The notes beneath the pieces were generated by a model, which saw only the letters and a list, made by a program, of their open reading frames with translations, did no database searches and was not told the DNA's origin. A stretch of 63,200 nt of DNA, counting the filler, from Hyphochytrium catenoides (Eukaryota > Protista > Hyphochytriomycota): NCBI GenBank assembly GCA_900088475.1. It is 16 parts of 16 records of this genome, joined end to end, with 100 filler letters (N's around TTAATTAATTAA, not from the genome) between each part and the next. Parts side by side here need not be neighbours in the genome. Positions count along the whole stretch, not along the records: positions 9,840 to 28,412 come from FLMG01002504.1; 15 more parts are not named here. One strand, written 5' to 3'. The position numbers were made by a program, and so were the translations under genes. Below, in pieces: positions 12,069-24,564 of the stretch; within the stretch, counting starts at the first letter, position 1, and every line of letters starts with the position of its first letter.

Positions 12069-14246
12069 TCAGACAGAGAATCGGCGTTGTGCTCTGTCTC
12101 TCAACTTCCTGCGCCGGCGCTTCCTAAGGTTGTTGCCGCTGGCTATTGAGCTCGTTGCAGCATTATCCGTGGAAGATGATGGCTGCGAAGCAGCAGCAGA
12201 GGAGGACGACGAAGATGAGGGAGAAGACAGGTCAGCCGCAGCTTGTGGAGAAGGAGCAGGAGATGAGTCAGACGCTTGTCCTGCTACGATTCCTTCTTCT
12301 CCATCTCCTCCATCTTCTGCTTTCTCTCCTTCCACTGCCGTCTCTTGCGCTGCCTGTACCAAGCCTCCTTGAACCACAGCAACGGCTATCGCGGTCGCTA
12401 CTCCAGCAAGAACGCTAGGGACGAGCACGTACGCAAGCCATTTCTTCTGCTTAGCTGTCAACTTAAGGCCCTTCTTCTCCACGAGTCGTTGGACGAAGGC
12501 CAAAGACCTGCTATACTCTTGTGGAGACGGCTCTTTGATCTTGCGCTTCCAGACGCGTCCTAACATCTGCTGAAGCTTCGCCACAGCGGGAGAAGGTGGA
12601 GACGCCGGAGAAGCAGAAGAAAAGGGAGAGGAGCTGGTGGTGTCAACAGCTGGAGCCTCCTGGATCGCTCCGTCGAGAGCCGCCGTGTTCTGCTGCTGCT
12701 GGCTTTCGGGATCTGTGAAGCCGATGCGGAAAGTGTGCGTCGCCGAAGGATCAGCACTAGAAGCTTGTGCTGCTGCTCTTGCTGCGTAAATAGCGTGTAT
12801 GTCTTTGAGATTCTTCTTAAAGTCCCCAGTTAGAGCCCTAATGAGTGCGCCATTGAAGGTCTGAACAATCTGCGACAGCCAATCTCCACCTCCTTCTAAT
12901 ATAGGCCATGGAGCTTCTGACCCAGCGCTTGACAGTGGCGAGTCTCCTGGCAGCTCAATGAGCCGCATAATCTGCGCACCGATTGTGAACCCAGTGAGAT
13001 CTCCCAGACGTGTCCCGACGGCTTTCGTGTTCGTCAACCACGCTGCCGGTGGCAGAGGCTTATCGAGCAGAGTGTCCACCAGTGCATGCGGCATCCTGCC
13101 CAGAGCCCCCGAGACCACGTCGCTGAGCTGCCGATCGAGGAGCCGGAGAAGAGCTCTATTCCAGAATGGCAGTTGGGCATAATAGTCCGGAGAAAAGTCG
13201 AGGGCATAGCCCTCTGGCAGGTCTTCTACTAACTTGAGAAGCAGTCTGGCGGCATCTTTGGAGTACTCTTTGCCCAGCCGTGCGCCCCAGTACCTTGAGA
13301 GTCTGAGCAGCAAAGGATGCAGAGCCAAACTATAGAAATAGCCTCCCACATAGTGCAAGGGAGAGACGACCAATGGAGAGACCACCTTCCCGTATATCAG
13401 CTTTCCTCCTTGCCACGCTGCCTGCCCTGCAGCCGTGCGTATGCGGCTTGTCAGAGTGTTGGCTCCTCCCGCTTGGCCGTCCAGACTCTGGGCCTTGGTT
13501 TCCACGAGCTGTGTTGAGGACGATGCTCCTCCGTCATTAGTGTTAGCGGAGGACGTGGTCCCGTCAGCTATCACCGCTTTGGGAAGCCTCGGGTTCGCTG
13601 GCTTGAAGGCAGGGTATCGTGCAGATACAGAGCGGGGTTTCCGCATCCACGCACGATAGAGGGACAGGATATCCGGAGGTCCTCGGCCAAGAGTAGAGTG
13701 CGGAAGGCCATACCAAGCAGCAATTCCACTGGACTTCTTGGCTCCACTTGTGCCACTTGCCCTCAGCCCTGGTGCCCCACCGAGACGTCGCCACCTCTTC
13801 GCATCATGGGATGCTGGACGCTTCTCTTCTTCCTCTGTCTTCGTAGGGTCTCGAGGAAGAGACGTGTGTCCGTGGCCCTCTCTTCCATCGTTTGATAGGA
13901 GAGAGAGACCATGATGACTCTCTTCCTCTTCGTCTATTCCGAGGCTCTGCCAACAAGAGGAGACAGGGATGGTCTCTTCTTCTTCCTTTGTTTCTTCGGT
14001 AGACAGTAGAAGACAGAGCTCCTGGACTGCTATCTCTCTAGCTCTCTCTTCAGAGAGAAGAGAAGGGATAGCTTCTCCATCTTGCGCAGTAGCCTGAATC
14101 CACTCTCTTCCCTCCTCAGTTCTAGAACAAGAGATGGAGGGGGCATTTGACACGAGAAGAAGAAGAAAGAGACTGCAGAGAGCAACACAACGATAACCCG
14201 AGAGACAGTAGGACCTCATGGCCCGCGCTTGTGCCAGATGATTCAC
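12069..14246 (-). CDS. Uncharacterised 725-aa protein with signal peptide, C-proximal TM helix and basic tail
   Basis: Uninterrupted 2.2-kb ORF free of microsatellites. N-terminal ALCSLFLLLLVSNAPSIS, TM WLAYVLVPSVLAGVATAIAVAVV, tail LRKRRRRKLR. No family recognised. Confidence 0.75.
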   Translation of the reverse strand: MNHLAQARAMRSYCLSGYRCVALCSLFLLLLVSNAPSISCSRTEEGREWIQATAQDGEAIPSLLSEERAREIAVQELCLLLSTEETKEEEETIPVSSCWQSLGIDEEEESHHGLSLLSNDGREGHGHTSLPRDPTKTEEEEKRPASHDAKRWRRLGGAPGLRASGTSGAKKSSGIAAWYGLPHSTLGRGPPDILSLYRAWMRKPRSVSARYPAFKPANPRLPKAVIADGTTSSANTNDGGASSSTQLVETKAQSLDGQAGGANTLTSRIRTAAGQAAWQGGKLIYGKVVSPLVVSPLHYVGGYFYSLALHPLLLRLSRYWGARLGKEYSKDAARLLLKLVEDLPEGYALDFSPDYYAQLPFWNRALLRLLDRQLSDVVSGALGRMPHALVDTLLDKPLPPAAWLTNTKAVGTRLGDLTGFTIGAQIMRLIELPGDSPLSSAGSEAPWPILEGGGDWLSQIVQTFNGALIRALTGDFKKNLKDIHAIYAARAAAQASSADPSATHTFRIGFTDPESQQQQNTAALDGAIQEAPAVDTTSSSPFSSASPASPPSPAVAKLQQMLGRVWKRKIKEPSPQEYSRSLAFVQRLVEKKGLKLTAKQKKWLAYVLVPSVLAGVATAIAVAVVQGGLVQAAQETAVEGEKAEDGGDGEEGIVAGQASDSSPAPSPQAAADLSSPSSSSSSSAAASQPSSSTDNAATSSIASGNNLRKRRRRKLRDRAQRRFSV

Positions 14247-15186
14247 TTCGTCCGAACGAAGCTAAGACTCCGCTTAGAACTACGGGCTCGCCCTCTTCCT
14301 CCAGCGCGGGAACTGAGCGCCATGAAGATCACCAAAGATAAAGTGAACCCCGGACAACAGGAAGAGAGACATCGCCAATATGGGAAAGAGCGTAATCCTC
14401 AGTGGTCGCGCCACTTCACTACCTGTCAAACCCTTCCATCGGCGCTCACGCGCAAGGAGAGAACCTCCGTAAAGGGTAGAAAGCGATCGAGAAACCGAAT
14501 AAACGCAGACTTGCAAGGGAAAAAAAGATAAGAGAGGAGTCAGGCTACACTGGGAGATAGAGAGAGGAGATAGACGAAAGGCGAGAGTAAGAGGACTTGA
14601 AGAAAGAAAGAGAGAGAGAGANNNNNNNNNNNNNNNNNNNNNNNNNNNNNGAGAGAGAGAGAGAGAGCGAGAGAGAGCAAGAGCAGAGAAGGGGTGCTAT
14701 AGGGAGTAGGGGACAACCGTTGTTAAGTCAGATATCGTGATGCCCAGGTCAAATCCCGGAGAGAGGAGGAGATTTCATGGGAAGCTTGCCTATCATCAAA
14801 ACCTCCAGCGACTCGATCAAGGAGACGCGGTGGCCGTCAATGGAAGGAGACAGAGGGAAGGGAAGTGACGGCGGGCGGATAAAAGGACCGGTGAATAGGA
14901 ACTGATAACATGAATAAAAGGCACGGTAGGAGATGCGTTTGAAGTTTGATGGAGAAACACGAGAGATTGATGAGAGAAGGAACTGGATGGTCTATTATTG
15001 TCGATACCAGCGGCAGAAAGAACAGCATCCGGCGCAGAAAGAAGAGACAGAGAGAGAGAAAGAGAGAGAGAGAGAAAGAGAGAGAGAGGAAGCAACGAGA
15101 AGATAGAATTCAGAAAGATAGGAAGGATAGACATACCGAGAGTGATCAAGAAAGGAGAGAGAGCTAGTAAAAATGACAAACGAGGA

Positions 15187-15228
<42 letters not shown>

Positions 15229-15857
15229 AAGAAAGAAAGAAAGAGCGAGAAGAGAGCTAGCTCTGCACAGGCTGCTGAAAGTGAGATGAATCATGCCCAG
15301 GAGTTCCTCTAATTGCCTTGTCTATGCTAACAACTAACAACAAGGCACGAAGGATTCTCTTGGACACCAGGGACGAGCATACAATTGAAGATACAGACCT
15401 ACAGGAAAGAGGGAAGGATAGAAAAGGGTTTCACTCTTTCCCCGTCACCTCCTGCGCTTCTATCACTTTGACTCTCTCTTTCCTGGGCTTATGCGCTCTC
15501 TTATTATCACTCTCCTCTCTCCTCGCTCTATTCCATGCTCTTCGGTAGCCTCTTTCCTCTTTTCTCTCTCTCTCTCTCTCTCTCTCTGCCTAACTCTTTC
15601 CTCTCTCTCTCTCTCGAAGAGCTACTGAATCTCTCTCCGCTGTCGACTGAAGTTTTCCTTATCTCTCCCCATTTCTTTAGCCTGTCTCTCTCCTCCTATC
15701 TATTGCTCTTATTATGACACTATCGGAGAGTTGCTTGGACTTCGTATCCTTTCGCGGTTTGGGTTCCGAATCTTTAGAACAGAGGATTTCCGACCTCCGC
15801 CAGCATAAGAAAGCCGGAGATAATAAAAGGAGGAAAAACCTGCTGGTAACACAATTA

Positions 15858-15892
<35 letters not shown>

Positions 15893-18800
15893 AAAAGAGG
15901 AAGAGAGGCAAAGAAAGGAATAGAAAAACTTAGGAGGCACTAGTTAAGGAATGGAGAAAGAGAGAGTGAGAAAGAGAGAGAGACACAGGGAGAAAGAGAG
16001 ACAAAGAAAGGAGTAGATAAAGAGGGAGAGAGAGACAAAGAAAGGAGTAGAAAAAGAGGGAGAGAGAGACAGAGAGAGAAAGAGAGACAAGAAAAGGAAT
16101 AGAAAGAGAGAGAGAGAGAAGGAAGGAAAGAAGGAAAAGAGGGAAAGAAGAGGAAGGAAAATTATCACAGGGATTAGGTAGTTCTACCCGATGACGTTAC
16201 CGTTTTACCTTCGGATGATACCGTATTATCTTGATATGGCACCGTCGTTCTATTTTCGGTAGGATCTACAAGAGAGGGGAGAACCAATGATTTGCTGCAT
16301 CTCTTTCTTCTCTCTTCTTCCTCTTTCCTGCTCTCTCCTTGCCCTCCAGCTTTATCCTTCTCGCCCCTCTCTCTCTCTCTCTCTCTTCTTGCTCTTATTC
16401 CTTAGAAGCATACATTTCTTGAGGCTGTGTCTTGCGCTGAGAGCTGAAGACGTAGGTAGGCCGAAGAGTAACAAACAATAGGGCGTGGTTCCCGGCTTCA
16501 TGAGGAGGTTCAATCGTCTCCTCCTCATCCTTGCCACGTTGAAGAATGCTGGTGTCTGATCAAAGGGTTAGGACCAGAAGAACAACAAACTCTCGCTGGC
16601 AGGAGAACAATCCCTTCTTTGGGTACGGGCTTCCTCCTTGCGGCTCCGTTCATCTGCTGCTTCTGGTGCAGCCACACTCAGCGTGTCTCTAGATCTGAAG
16701 GACAAATAGTGACCGTAGAAGAAGACTGCTCACAAGGGATAACCCGGTTCTCTCTTGCTCCCTTTGATCTCCTTCTCCCTGTTGCTAGATTCATCTTAGC
16801 TACCTTGAAGTCTATTTGCTGCTCTGTAGAAGTCGAGATGCTGCTGCGGTTGCGGCTAGATAGCTTTGATTGTTCCTCCTTACTACCACGCAAGATAGAT
16901 GGATCCTGCCATGTAAAGATGATATGAGTGAGACAGACAACAGGAGGCAGCTACCAAGAATAGTACTATGCGCAGGACAGCCAGTGATGATATCACAGAG
17001 GGACAGCAGGGAGATAAATAAGCATCGAGAGACAGCGCTGAGAACAAAGAATAGCGCGCGGCGGCAGATAATCAAGTCGAGAAACGAGATGCTGTTCGAC
17101 ACGCCGAGGACCATAGGGGATGATTTCCCTTTCCGGTGGTCGACTATTTCAAGAAGAGAAGCATGTTACCTTTTATCTTTGATCCCTCCTCCGAGCAGAC
17201 GGTGATGAGGAAGGAGAGAGCCCTTCCAGAAAGCCGCAGGCTCACTACCTGATATTGATAGTGATATCACTCATCCCAGTCGTCTGGCAAGTCTTCTGAC
17301 TGACGATGATGAGCCTTGAGGAGTTGTCTACTAGTAGGAAAGCAACCACAAGCTCCCACGACCGGTAGCTTACTAAGGCCACAGGTGACAGTATACCGTC
17401 GAGTACTGCAGCAGTAGTGACCGTGACGAAGGGATGGGAAAGGCGCTCACCACCCTTGTCTCGCTTTGTTCCCTATCTTCTTGTCACTCATGGCCACATG
17501 CTCATAGCAGTTGTGTCTTCTACTACATCAGGTGGTTCTATATCCTCTTACTCCCTCTCCTTCTGCCCTCTTGTCTCCTTCGTCTGCAGCTAACCTAGTA
17601 CGAGATAACGATGCCAATAGCCTTCTATTGACAATAATGTCTTCTTTATTTCTCTACGCTGCATTGTCCCTCCACAATCCCCGCTCATAGAGCTTCTCCT
17701 AAAGAAAGCTTTTTCCCTTACATTCCGGTTGCTTGCATCCTCCTACTCTTCGCTTCCATACTTCGTTGTCCATTGGAAAGTCAGGTAAGCAGGAAGAACG
17801 GCCGCGTTGATATCTCCGTTTGCCTATAGCGAGACCTATAGTATCCACCAGCTCTTGGTCCAGAAAACGAAGCGGTGGCATCTCTATGATTCGGTTGCTT
17901 ATCTATGGGTTCCACACTTCGAGCAGCCAACCTCCTCGGCTATTGCAAGACTTTCTAAGTTAAGACAATAAGTATTTGCTGTATGCAGCCACTTTCCTTA
18001 CAGCTACCAATGGCGTCTCCTCTTTCAGTCAGTTCTTCAAAGGAGGTCATCATCACCGGAATGGCACTTCCAGTTATCTCTTCTTCTCTTTCCTCCTTCT
18101 TCTTCTTCGGTAATGCTGACGGTCTTCATATCATCGTATTCAGTAGCTTCTCATAGTTAATGCCGCCATCATACGAACCTTCCCTTCTTCTGCTGCAAGC
18201 GACACACCATGTCAACTCTGCGTTGTTTCCTTCCTCTTTCTCTTCTTGTTTGACTATTATCATTGTCAGTGTAACCACCTGACGCGATAGAACCAGTAGC
18301 TCTGCTGACTGTTAAATTCCCTGGAGTAGTTAGGAATGTACCTCGCCGTACCAAAACTGTCGTCCTTCATTCTCCATCTCCTTTTCTCATTATCTTCTCT
18401 TTTTTTTCATGCTGCTTTTATCATCTCATCATCAATCATCTGGAACAACTGGCTTGTTGTCTCCTCTCCCTTCTGGTATCATTAATTATCTTCTGGTTCT
18501 TTCTGCTGATTCTCCCTATTGCGTCGCGTCTTGATGAGTCACTCTCGTTAGATCAGAACTACGTTACGTAGCTCGCTTCCCTTGCAACAGTCACCACTAC
18601 TGCCAGTCCTATTTGCGGCATCCTCCCCGCTAGCTCACGCCAGTCTTCCTTCATCATCATTTGCCCACTAGCGGCTGGCTCTCCCTGCTGATGATGTTGC
18701 TTTGCTGTTGTTGGAGAAATCTCTTGGTAGTAATAAGTAAAAGATCTCTTTATTTTTGAGCAGGTCTCTGTTTACTTCTTTCGACTCTTAGCATATCCTT

Positions 18801-20184
18801 TGACAACCTTCGCTCACCAGCATTCAGTGCATTCTCATCCTCGCTCATCTTCTCTCCTTGGAGATTTGAGTGGCTTCTTTTCTTCCATCACTCTCTTCTT
18901 CTTGTGTGCTCTGCTTTTACCTATAAGATTATCGTGATCATAAATGATCATGAAGAAGAAGAAGAAGAAGAGAGAGAAGAATCGATTCTTAGTACTACTA
19001 CTGTTTCTTCTTCTCTCTCTTCTGTTGTTGTTGGCCACACTAACTTGCTTCTCCTTCATTCATCATCATCGCTAGCTATATTTCCCGTCTTTGCTGGTGG
19101 TGGTGCTGCGGTTGCTGGTACCGTCGTGACGCCTGACCTCCTCCTCCTCCGTCCTCTGCGGGCGGCTCCTCCTCCTCTTGTCTGTTGTTCATCATCAACA
19201 TAGTGGGTGGTGCGTGGGTCCTTCCTCATCGGTCTCCCTAGTACTATTATATAATATAGGAGGAGGATAGAGAAGGAGGAGGAGAAGAAGAATGCACTTG
19301 GTGACTCACTACTTTGGGGGAAAAAAGCAGCGACATCGATCATCGTTAAGAACGGAGAGAGAGAGAAGAAGAAGAGGAGAGAGGAGGAGAAGAAGCGCAA
19401 CAATCAACAAGAAAGGGAAGGGGAAGAAGAAAAGCTTGATGACCTTGTGCGTCGTCCGTGTAAGGCTTGTACACACCGAAGAGGTGTATTGCGAGAATAT
19501 ATGGTTGTATCAGTGATTGGGTAGAAATTAAACTGAGGCTTTAGCTTCTCTTTCCTTCGACTCCTGTCTCAATCGCTTGACTGGATAGCGCTGTGATTAG
19601 TATGGGTAGACCGTTAATACGACAATATAGAGAGCTCTAGGGCCTTGGGTAGATTGGGGGATGTCAACGGCTGATGCATTCAAATTCAAATGGGAATGCA
19701 GAAGGGAATGATCATTCCAAATAGGGATGCCTAGGGAATATTGAGTGAAGGATTAAAGAGTTAAACGACAAAGGATAAATAGGAGGGATGCAGTTGAAAG
19801 CTTTCGTGAAAGACTCTGTAGACATTATTAGGAATAGTATCAGCCTTATTCTATGTAGCCTTAGAGCTTGTTTGTCAGTTCACTGTCTCTCGAACTTAGG
19901 TCTCTCTCTCTTGTATTCTTATCTCAGTGGACTCTTCCTCTCACCAGCATGTTATCTTTTAGAATTTTATACAGTAGAGTATCATCTCTCTTTCCTCTCC
20001 CTTTGCTCTTCTTTCTCTGTCTTTCTCCTTGCTTTCTCTCTCTTCTCTCTCTTGCTTCCTCTCTCTCCCTCTATCATCCGCCCATGCCCTTGGTCTTCAG
20101 GTTACTGTAGTTCTTCTCATTGTTCTTCCTCTTTTCTCTCTCCTCTCTCTCTCTCTCTCGCTCTCTCTCGCTCTCTCTCTCTCG

Positions 20185-20225
<41 letters not shown>

Positions 20226-20614
20226 CCTCTCTCGCTCTCTCTCTCTCTCTCTCTTTTTCCCTCTCTTCCTCTCTCTCCCTCTCTCTCTTAAACTCTTTCC
20301 TCTCAGTCTTTTTCTCTCTTGCTGTCTTGCTCTCGTGCGCCCTCTTGAGATGGCATGGGCGGCGGCATTGCGCTGCGTGGTAGGAGTAGACTCTTCTCGC
20401 TATCTCTTCCCTTCCTTTCTCATACTTCATGTCGCTGCACTGACTTTTACAAAGCGGACACGTCCCTATTAATTTGACCGGAGAGAGGGAAAGAGAGAGA
20501 GAGAGAGAGTTAGGCAAAGGGAAAGCCACAGAGAACAGCGTCTTTCTTGTTGGCTGTCAGAGCTCCACAGCGCTGAAAACTCTCCTTTAAAAGAGCTTCA
20601 CTCTTCGTGTTAGC

Positions 20615-23600
20615 ATGGCGTCTTATAACATTGAGAAGATCCTGGATAAGCGAACCCGAAAGGTCAGAAGCTTTCATCTCCCTCTCCAACTCTCTCTCTC
20701 TCCCTTTCTAATGGTGCTTCCACGTAGAGCGTGGACGAAGCTTTAGATGTCTTCTCTCTCCCCAAGTCTTCCCTCTTTTTCCCCCACTCGGTGTTGCTTG
20801 GTGTGCAGGGGAAAATAAGGGGAACTTCTCTTTCTCCTTCTTTCTCTGTTCTCTCCTTCTCCCTGACTCAACCCTGCACTTTATCTCTTTAGGGTCTCAT
20901 AGAGTACTTGATTCAATGGGAAGGCTATGATTCGAGTGAGAACACGTGGTAGGTCCTGCCTCTAGCTCTTTCTTCCGCCTAGGCTTGGCAAAGATAAGAA
21001 AGCCTCTCTCTCTCATATTGTTATCCCTTTCTGTCCTTCTCTCACTACCTTTCTCTCTCTCTTGTCTCTCTCATCCGCTTGGATTGCCTGTTTCTCTGCT
21101 GTTCGTGTCATTTTTCTCTAGGCCTGTTTGCGGTGTTGGCTATCACTTTCCTTTCTTCCTCTCCTTCTTTCTTTCACTCCGTGTATCTCACGCGCATTAC
21201 CTGGCACAGGGAGCTGCGCAAGGACCTTATCCGCGATGGGTGCGGTGTGGCCATCAAAGAGTATGAGAAGAGACTCAACAACAAAGGAGGTCAGATCAGC
21301 CGTCTCCTCTCTTCCTTTCTCCAAAGCTCTTCTTGCATAGTCACACCTTCTTCGTTGAAGCGCTCTGTCAGTCCCCGGTCACTAGCCCATCAGTTGATCC
21401 TTCCTTTGCACGGTTGCCTCTCTCTCTCGCTCTCTCTCTTAGTCTTCCTTTGTTCCTCTCCCTTTGTCTTCCCTTGCTGTGGGGCCCGGTAACACTCTAT
21501 TCTAACTGTCTCGTCCTTAGATGTGGTGGAGACTTCCGTTGTAAGCGTCACTATGGCTGCGCCAAGTCAAGAGAAGACTCCGAAAGGTTTGCCTTGAAGA
21601 GCTCTCATCTCTCTATGTCTTCCTCTCTCTAGAGTCCACAATGGCATGAGGAACGGAAAGAGACTTAGCTCTCTTACTGCCTTGTTTGCACCGATCACCT
21701 TTCTCTTCTCCTCCGTTGCAGATAGGCAGCAATGCGTTCTTCCCTTCACCTTTCTCTTCGTCTCAGTCGACAGACTTCGGCCACCACCTATTTTACTGGC
21801 TTAACTTTGTTAACAGATGCATCTCGTCTCTTTGATCTTTTCATCAGTAGTCCCTCCTCCTAAGCTGCGAACCTCTTTTCCGTATAGCTGCGCGCGGGCG
21901 GACTCCCAGAAGATCCAAGGTAGAGAAGTCTCCGGGTCGGACTCCTCGTTCTCCCTCGCCAAAGGCTGCCACCCCCGCCAAAGCGCGGCGTTCTGTCTCT
22001 AGAGGAAGACAGTCCGCAATCGCCGCAGAGCCTATGGTCACTCCCAAGGCAGCCAAGAGAGCGCCTACTCCTAAGAAGAGAAGAAGCACCTCTCGTCCTC
22101 CGCCGCCGCCGCCAGCCGTTGAGGAGGAGAAGCCTCCATCTCCACGTACATCTCCTCGTGTGAGCGCGAAGGTCGATGCAGAGGTAGGAAGTGAAACAGT
22201 CAGAGAAGATAGTGCCTGTGCACCTCAAAGAGACTAAGATAACAGACACACAGAGAGAGAGAGCACATCTAACTAGTCCCGCAAAAGGGTAAGAGCTTTA
22301 TCGATTGAGAGAAGAGGAAAGAGCTCGAAGGATAGAACTTCGAAAACCTGCGACATAGGAGGAGGCAAAACTCTAAACTGTATCAGGGAAGATCGGGAGA
22401 GATCTGGACATCTATGGCTGGCTGCTTCTCATTGTAACTTCATCTCCCAGAGTGCTCTCACGCTCAAACCGGTCACACGGCGGCGCAGTGAGAAGGAGGA
22501 AGAGGAAGCTGACGAAAAGTCACCTGCGGAAGAGATGGAGAGTGAAGAGAAGCAGCCTCAGGAGGAGGAACAAGAGGGAGAAGTCGGAAAGGAGGGCCAT
22601 CCCGTCTGGGAGTGGGATGTTCTGGCTGATCGCTTCGGTGCCTTCTTGCAGGCAAGTATTACACTCTTCCACTGTTCTTGCTTAGAAAAGGTGGTGGCCA
22701 TAGTCGAGCGTGCACTTGGTCATTTTCTCTTTCTTTACCTCTTTCTATCAATCTCTCTCTGCATATTCTTCCTTGGCTTAACTTTTTGTTGTCCAGAGCA
22801 AGAAGAGAATGGAGGTTTGGCTTCTTTTCGGGGTCACGGTGAGCTCCATGATCGCCTACTTCATCTCCCACAACCTTGCCTTCTTTATCGGAGAGGACGG
22901 TGAGTTGTGCCTCTCTTTTTCGTTCAGTCCCTGTCCATTTTGCTCCTATGTATCTCGCCTTTTTACTCTGCGTAAAGTTCTTGATAAGAAATTGTTTGCC
23001 TTTATCGATAGCTCTGTTTATGCCCTTGCCAGCAGGATATCAGGGCAGGAAAGTCGCTTCTTTGCCATAATTGGTGTTTCCTTTGTTAGACATAAAGAAC
23101 TCCTCGTCCCGTTAAGCTCCCCTCTTATCTCGTTCCCTTGCCCCTGCGTGTATCTGTCTATCATCTGTCATTCTTTAGGACGGAGAATGGACACCCACTT
23201 GGCCGTCGCCATCCTCACGCGCACCACCTCCATTCCTCCGCTGGCCCTGCTGGTTTTACTCTTAACCACACGAAACGGGAGGTAGCCACCAGCCGTTTCT
23301 CTCTCTCTCTTCTTGGTTCTCTCTCTCTCTCTCTAGGTCCTGGTTATATGTCTCGCCAATTCCTATCGGCCTTCGTGGCCCAGGTTATCTTGGATGCAAA
23401 AGACGGACTCTTATTAGGCTTGGATGTCTGCGTCACAGTGGCTCTACTCTCATTCTCCCTGCTTTATCCTTTCCTGACTGTGTTAATGTGTTCTGCTTAG
23501 GTATTTCTTTTGCAAGTGGCTGTCGGTAGTGTTCGTTTGGAGGACCGCTGGAGAGGTTATTCTCCTTCTTCCCGAGTACCGCTCTTCCCCTGGGCTCTTC

Positions 23601-24564
23601 CACAACGCTGCAGTGCTTGCGTTTGGTCTCTCCTACATTGGTGTCGTAGTCTCTATCGCTTGGGTAGGGTTTCTTTGTCCTAGTAGTCTTCCTCTGCCTC
23701 CGCAGACCCTTGTCCTCTGTCTCTCTTCACCTCTTCCTTTCCTCGACTTCGCTGTCAATGTCTTCTGTCATCCTCCGCAGACCCTTCCTTTCCTCCATCT
23801 CTGCTCTCTCTTTCGTCTCTTCTTTTTCTTGACTTCGCGATCTACGCCTTCTATTACAAAGTAGCCTCGGGTCTAATCCTTAGTCTCCTCTGTGACGTAA
23901 GCAAACTATTAACTGCCTGCCCTTGTCTCTCTCCTTGGGTCCTTGCTGTGCCTTGCAGCTCGTTGCCGCAGAGAAGAATCGTGCTGATGCCTTGATGCGC
24001 GTGTTTGCTGCTTTTGGAGCCACGTTACTAGTCATCTCCGATATGTGCGTACCTTTGTCCCTCACACTGAGCTTGCTTGGCTCCCTGCAGGGCGTGCTAA
24101 CGACACCTCTTGCTCTGTTATTCCTCTTTGTCTCCCTATAGCACTCTTTTCCTGGTAAAGCAGTCCAGCAGTCAGCAACAGGCTCGCTTTTTACTGATGA
24201 GTCTCTCTCTGGTGAGGATCACGCCAGCAGAACAGCTCCCTTGCTTTCTCACTCCCTTGCTCACTAAATACCTGCACGTCTATTCTCCTCTTCATCCTCG
24301 CTTCTCCAATCTCTACCGTTTGTCTATCTGATGAACCTTCTCTTCTTTCATGATCCCTACATTTTCACTATAACCATGAGACCCCGTCCTCCAATATCAC
24401 TTGAGAGAGAGAGAGAGCCATTGACTCATTGTGACTGATACCCTCTCTCTCTCTCTTTTCTCTCTCGCGCGCTTGCCCTGATTCCTTCCGGCTCTTTCTC
24501 GGTGCAGATGGTGTTGACGATCGCCGGACTGCAGGAAAGGGCACCCAAGAAGAAAAAGGCGTAG
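20615..24564 (+). CDS. Chromodomain + basic S/T-P linker + six-TM (YhhN/TMEM86-like) membrane protein, 442 aa, C-terminal KKxx
   Basis: Twelve phase-consistent exons: 20615-20662, 20893-20948, 21210-21289, 21521-21586, 21888-22183, 22451-22651, 22797-22899, 23179-23281, 23501-23663, 23959-24044, 24142-24211, 24508-24564 (1329 nt). Starts MASYNIEKILDKRTRKGLIEYLIQWEGYDSSENTWELRKDL and ends ERAPKKKKA*. One GC-AG intron is required. Confidence 0.85.

Noticed and set aside
14744-14759. tRNA T-arm-like CCAGGTCAAATCCCGG
   Set aside because: It lacks a full TTC loop, and I could not build an acceptor stem, D arm or anticodon arm.
16450-19200. Microsatellite-poor, coding-like stretch
   Set aside because: Every frame examined is broken by stops and shows no recognisable motif; it may be decayed TE but cannot be called.
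23337-23383. Possible extra exon in the chromodomain gene after a (CT)n-AG
   Set aside because: It does not preserve phase with the neighbouring exons; direct 23281-23501 splicing is in frame.
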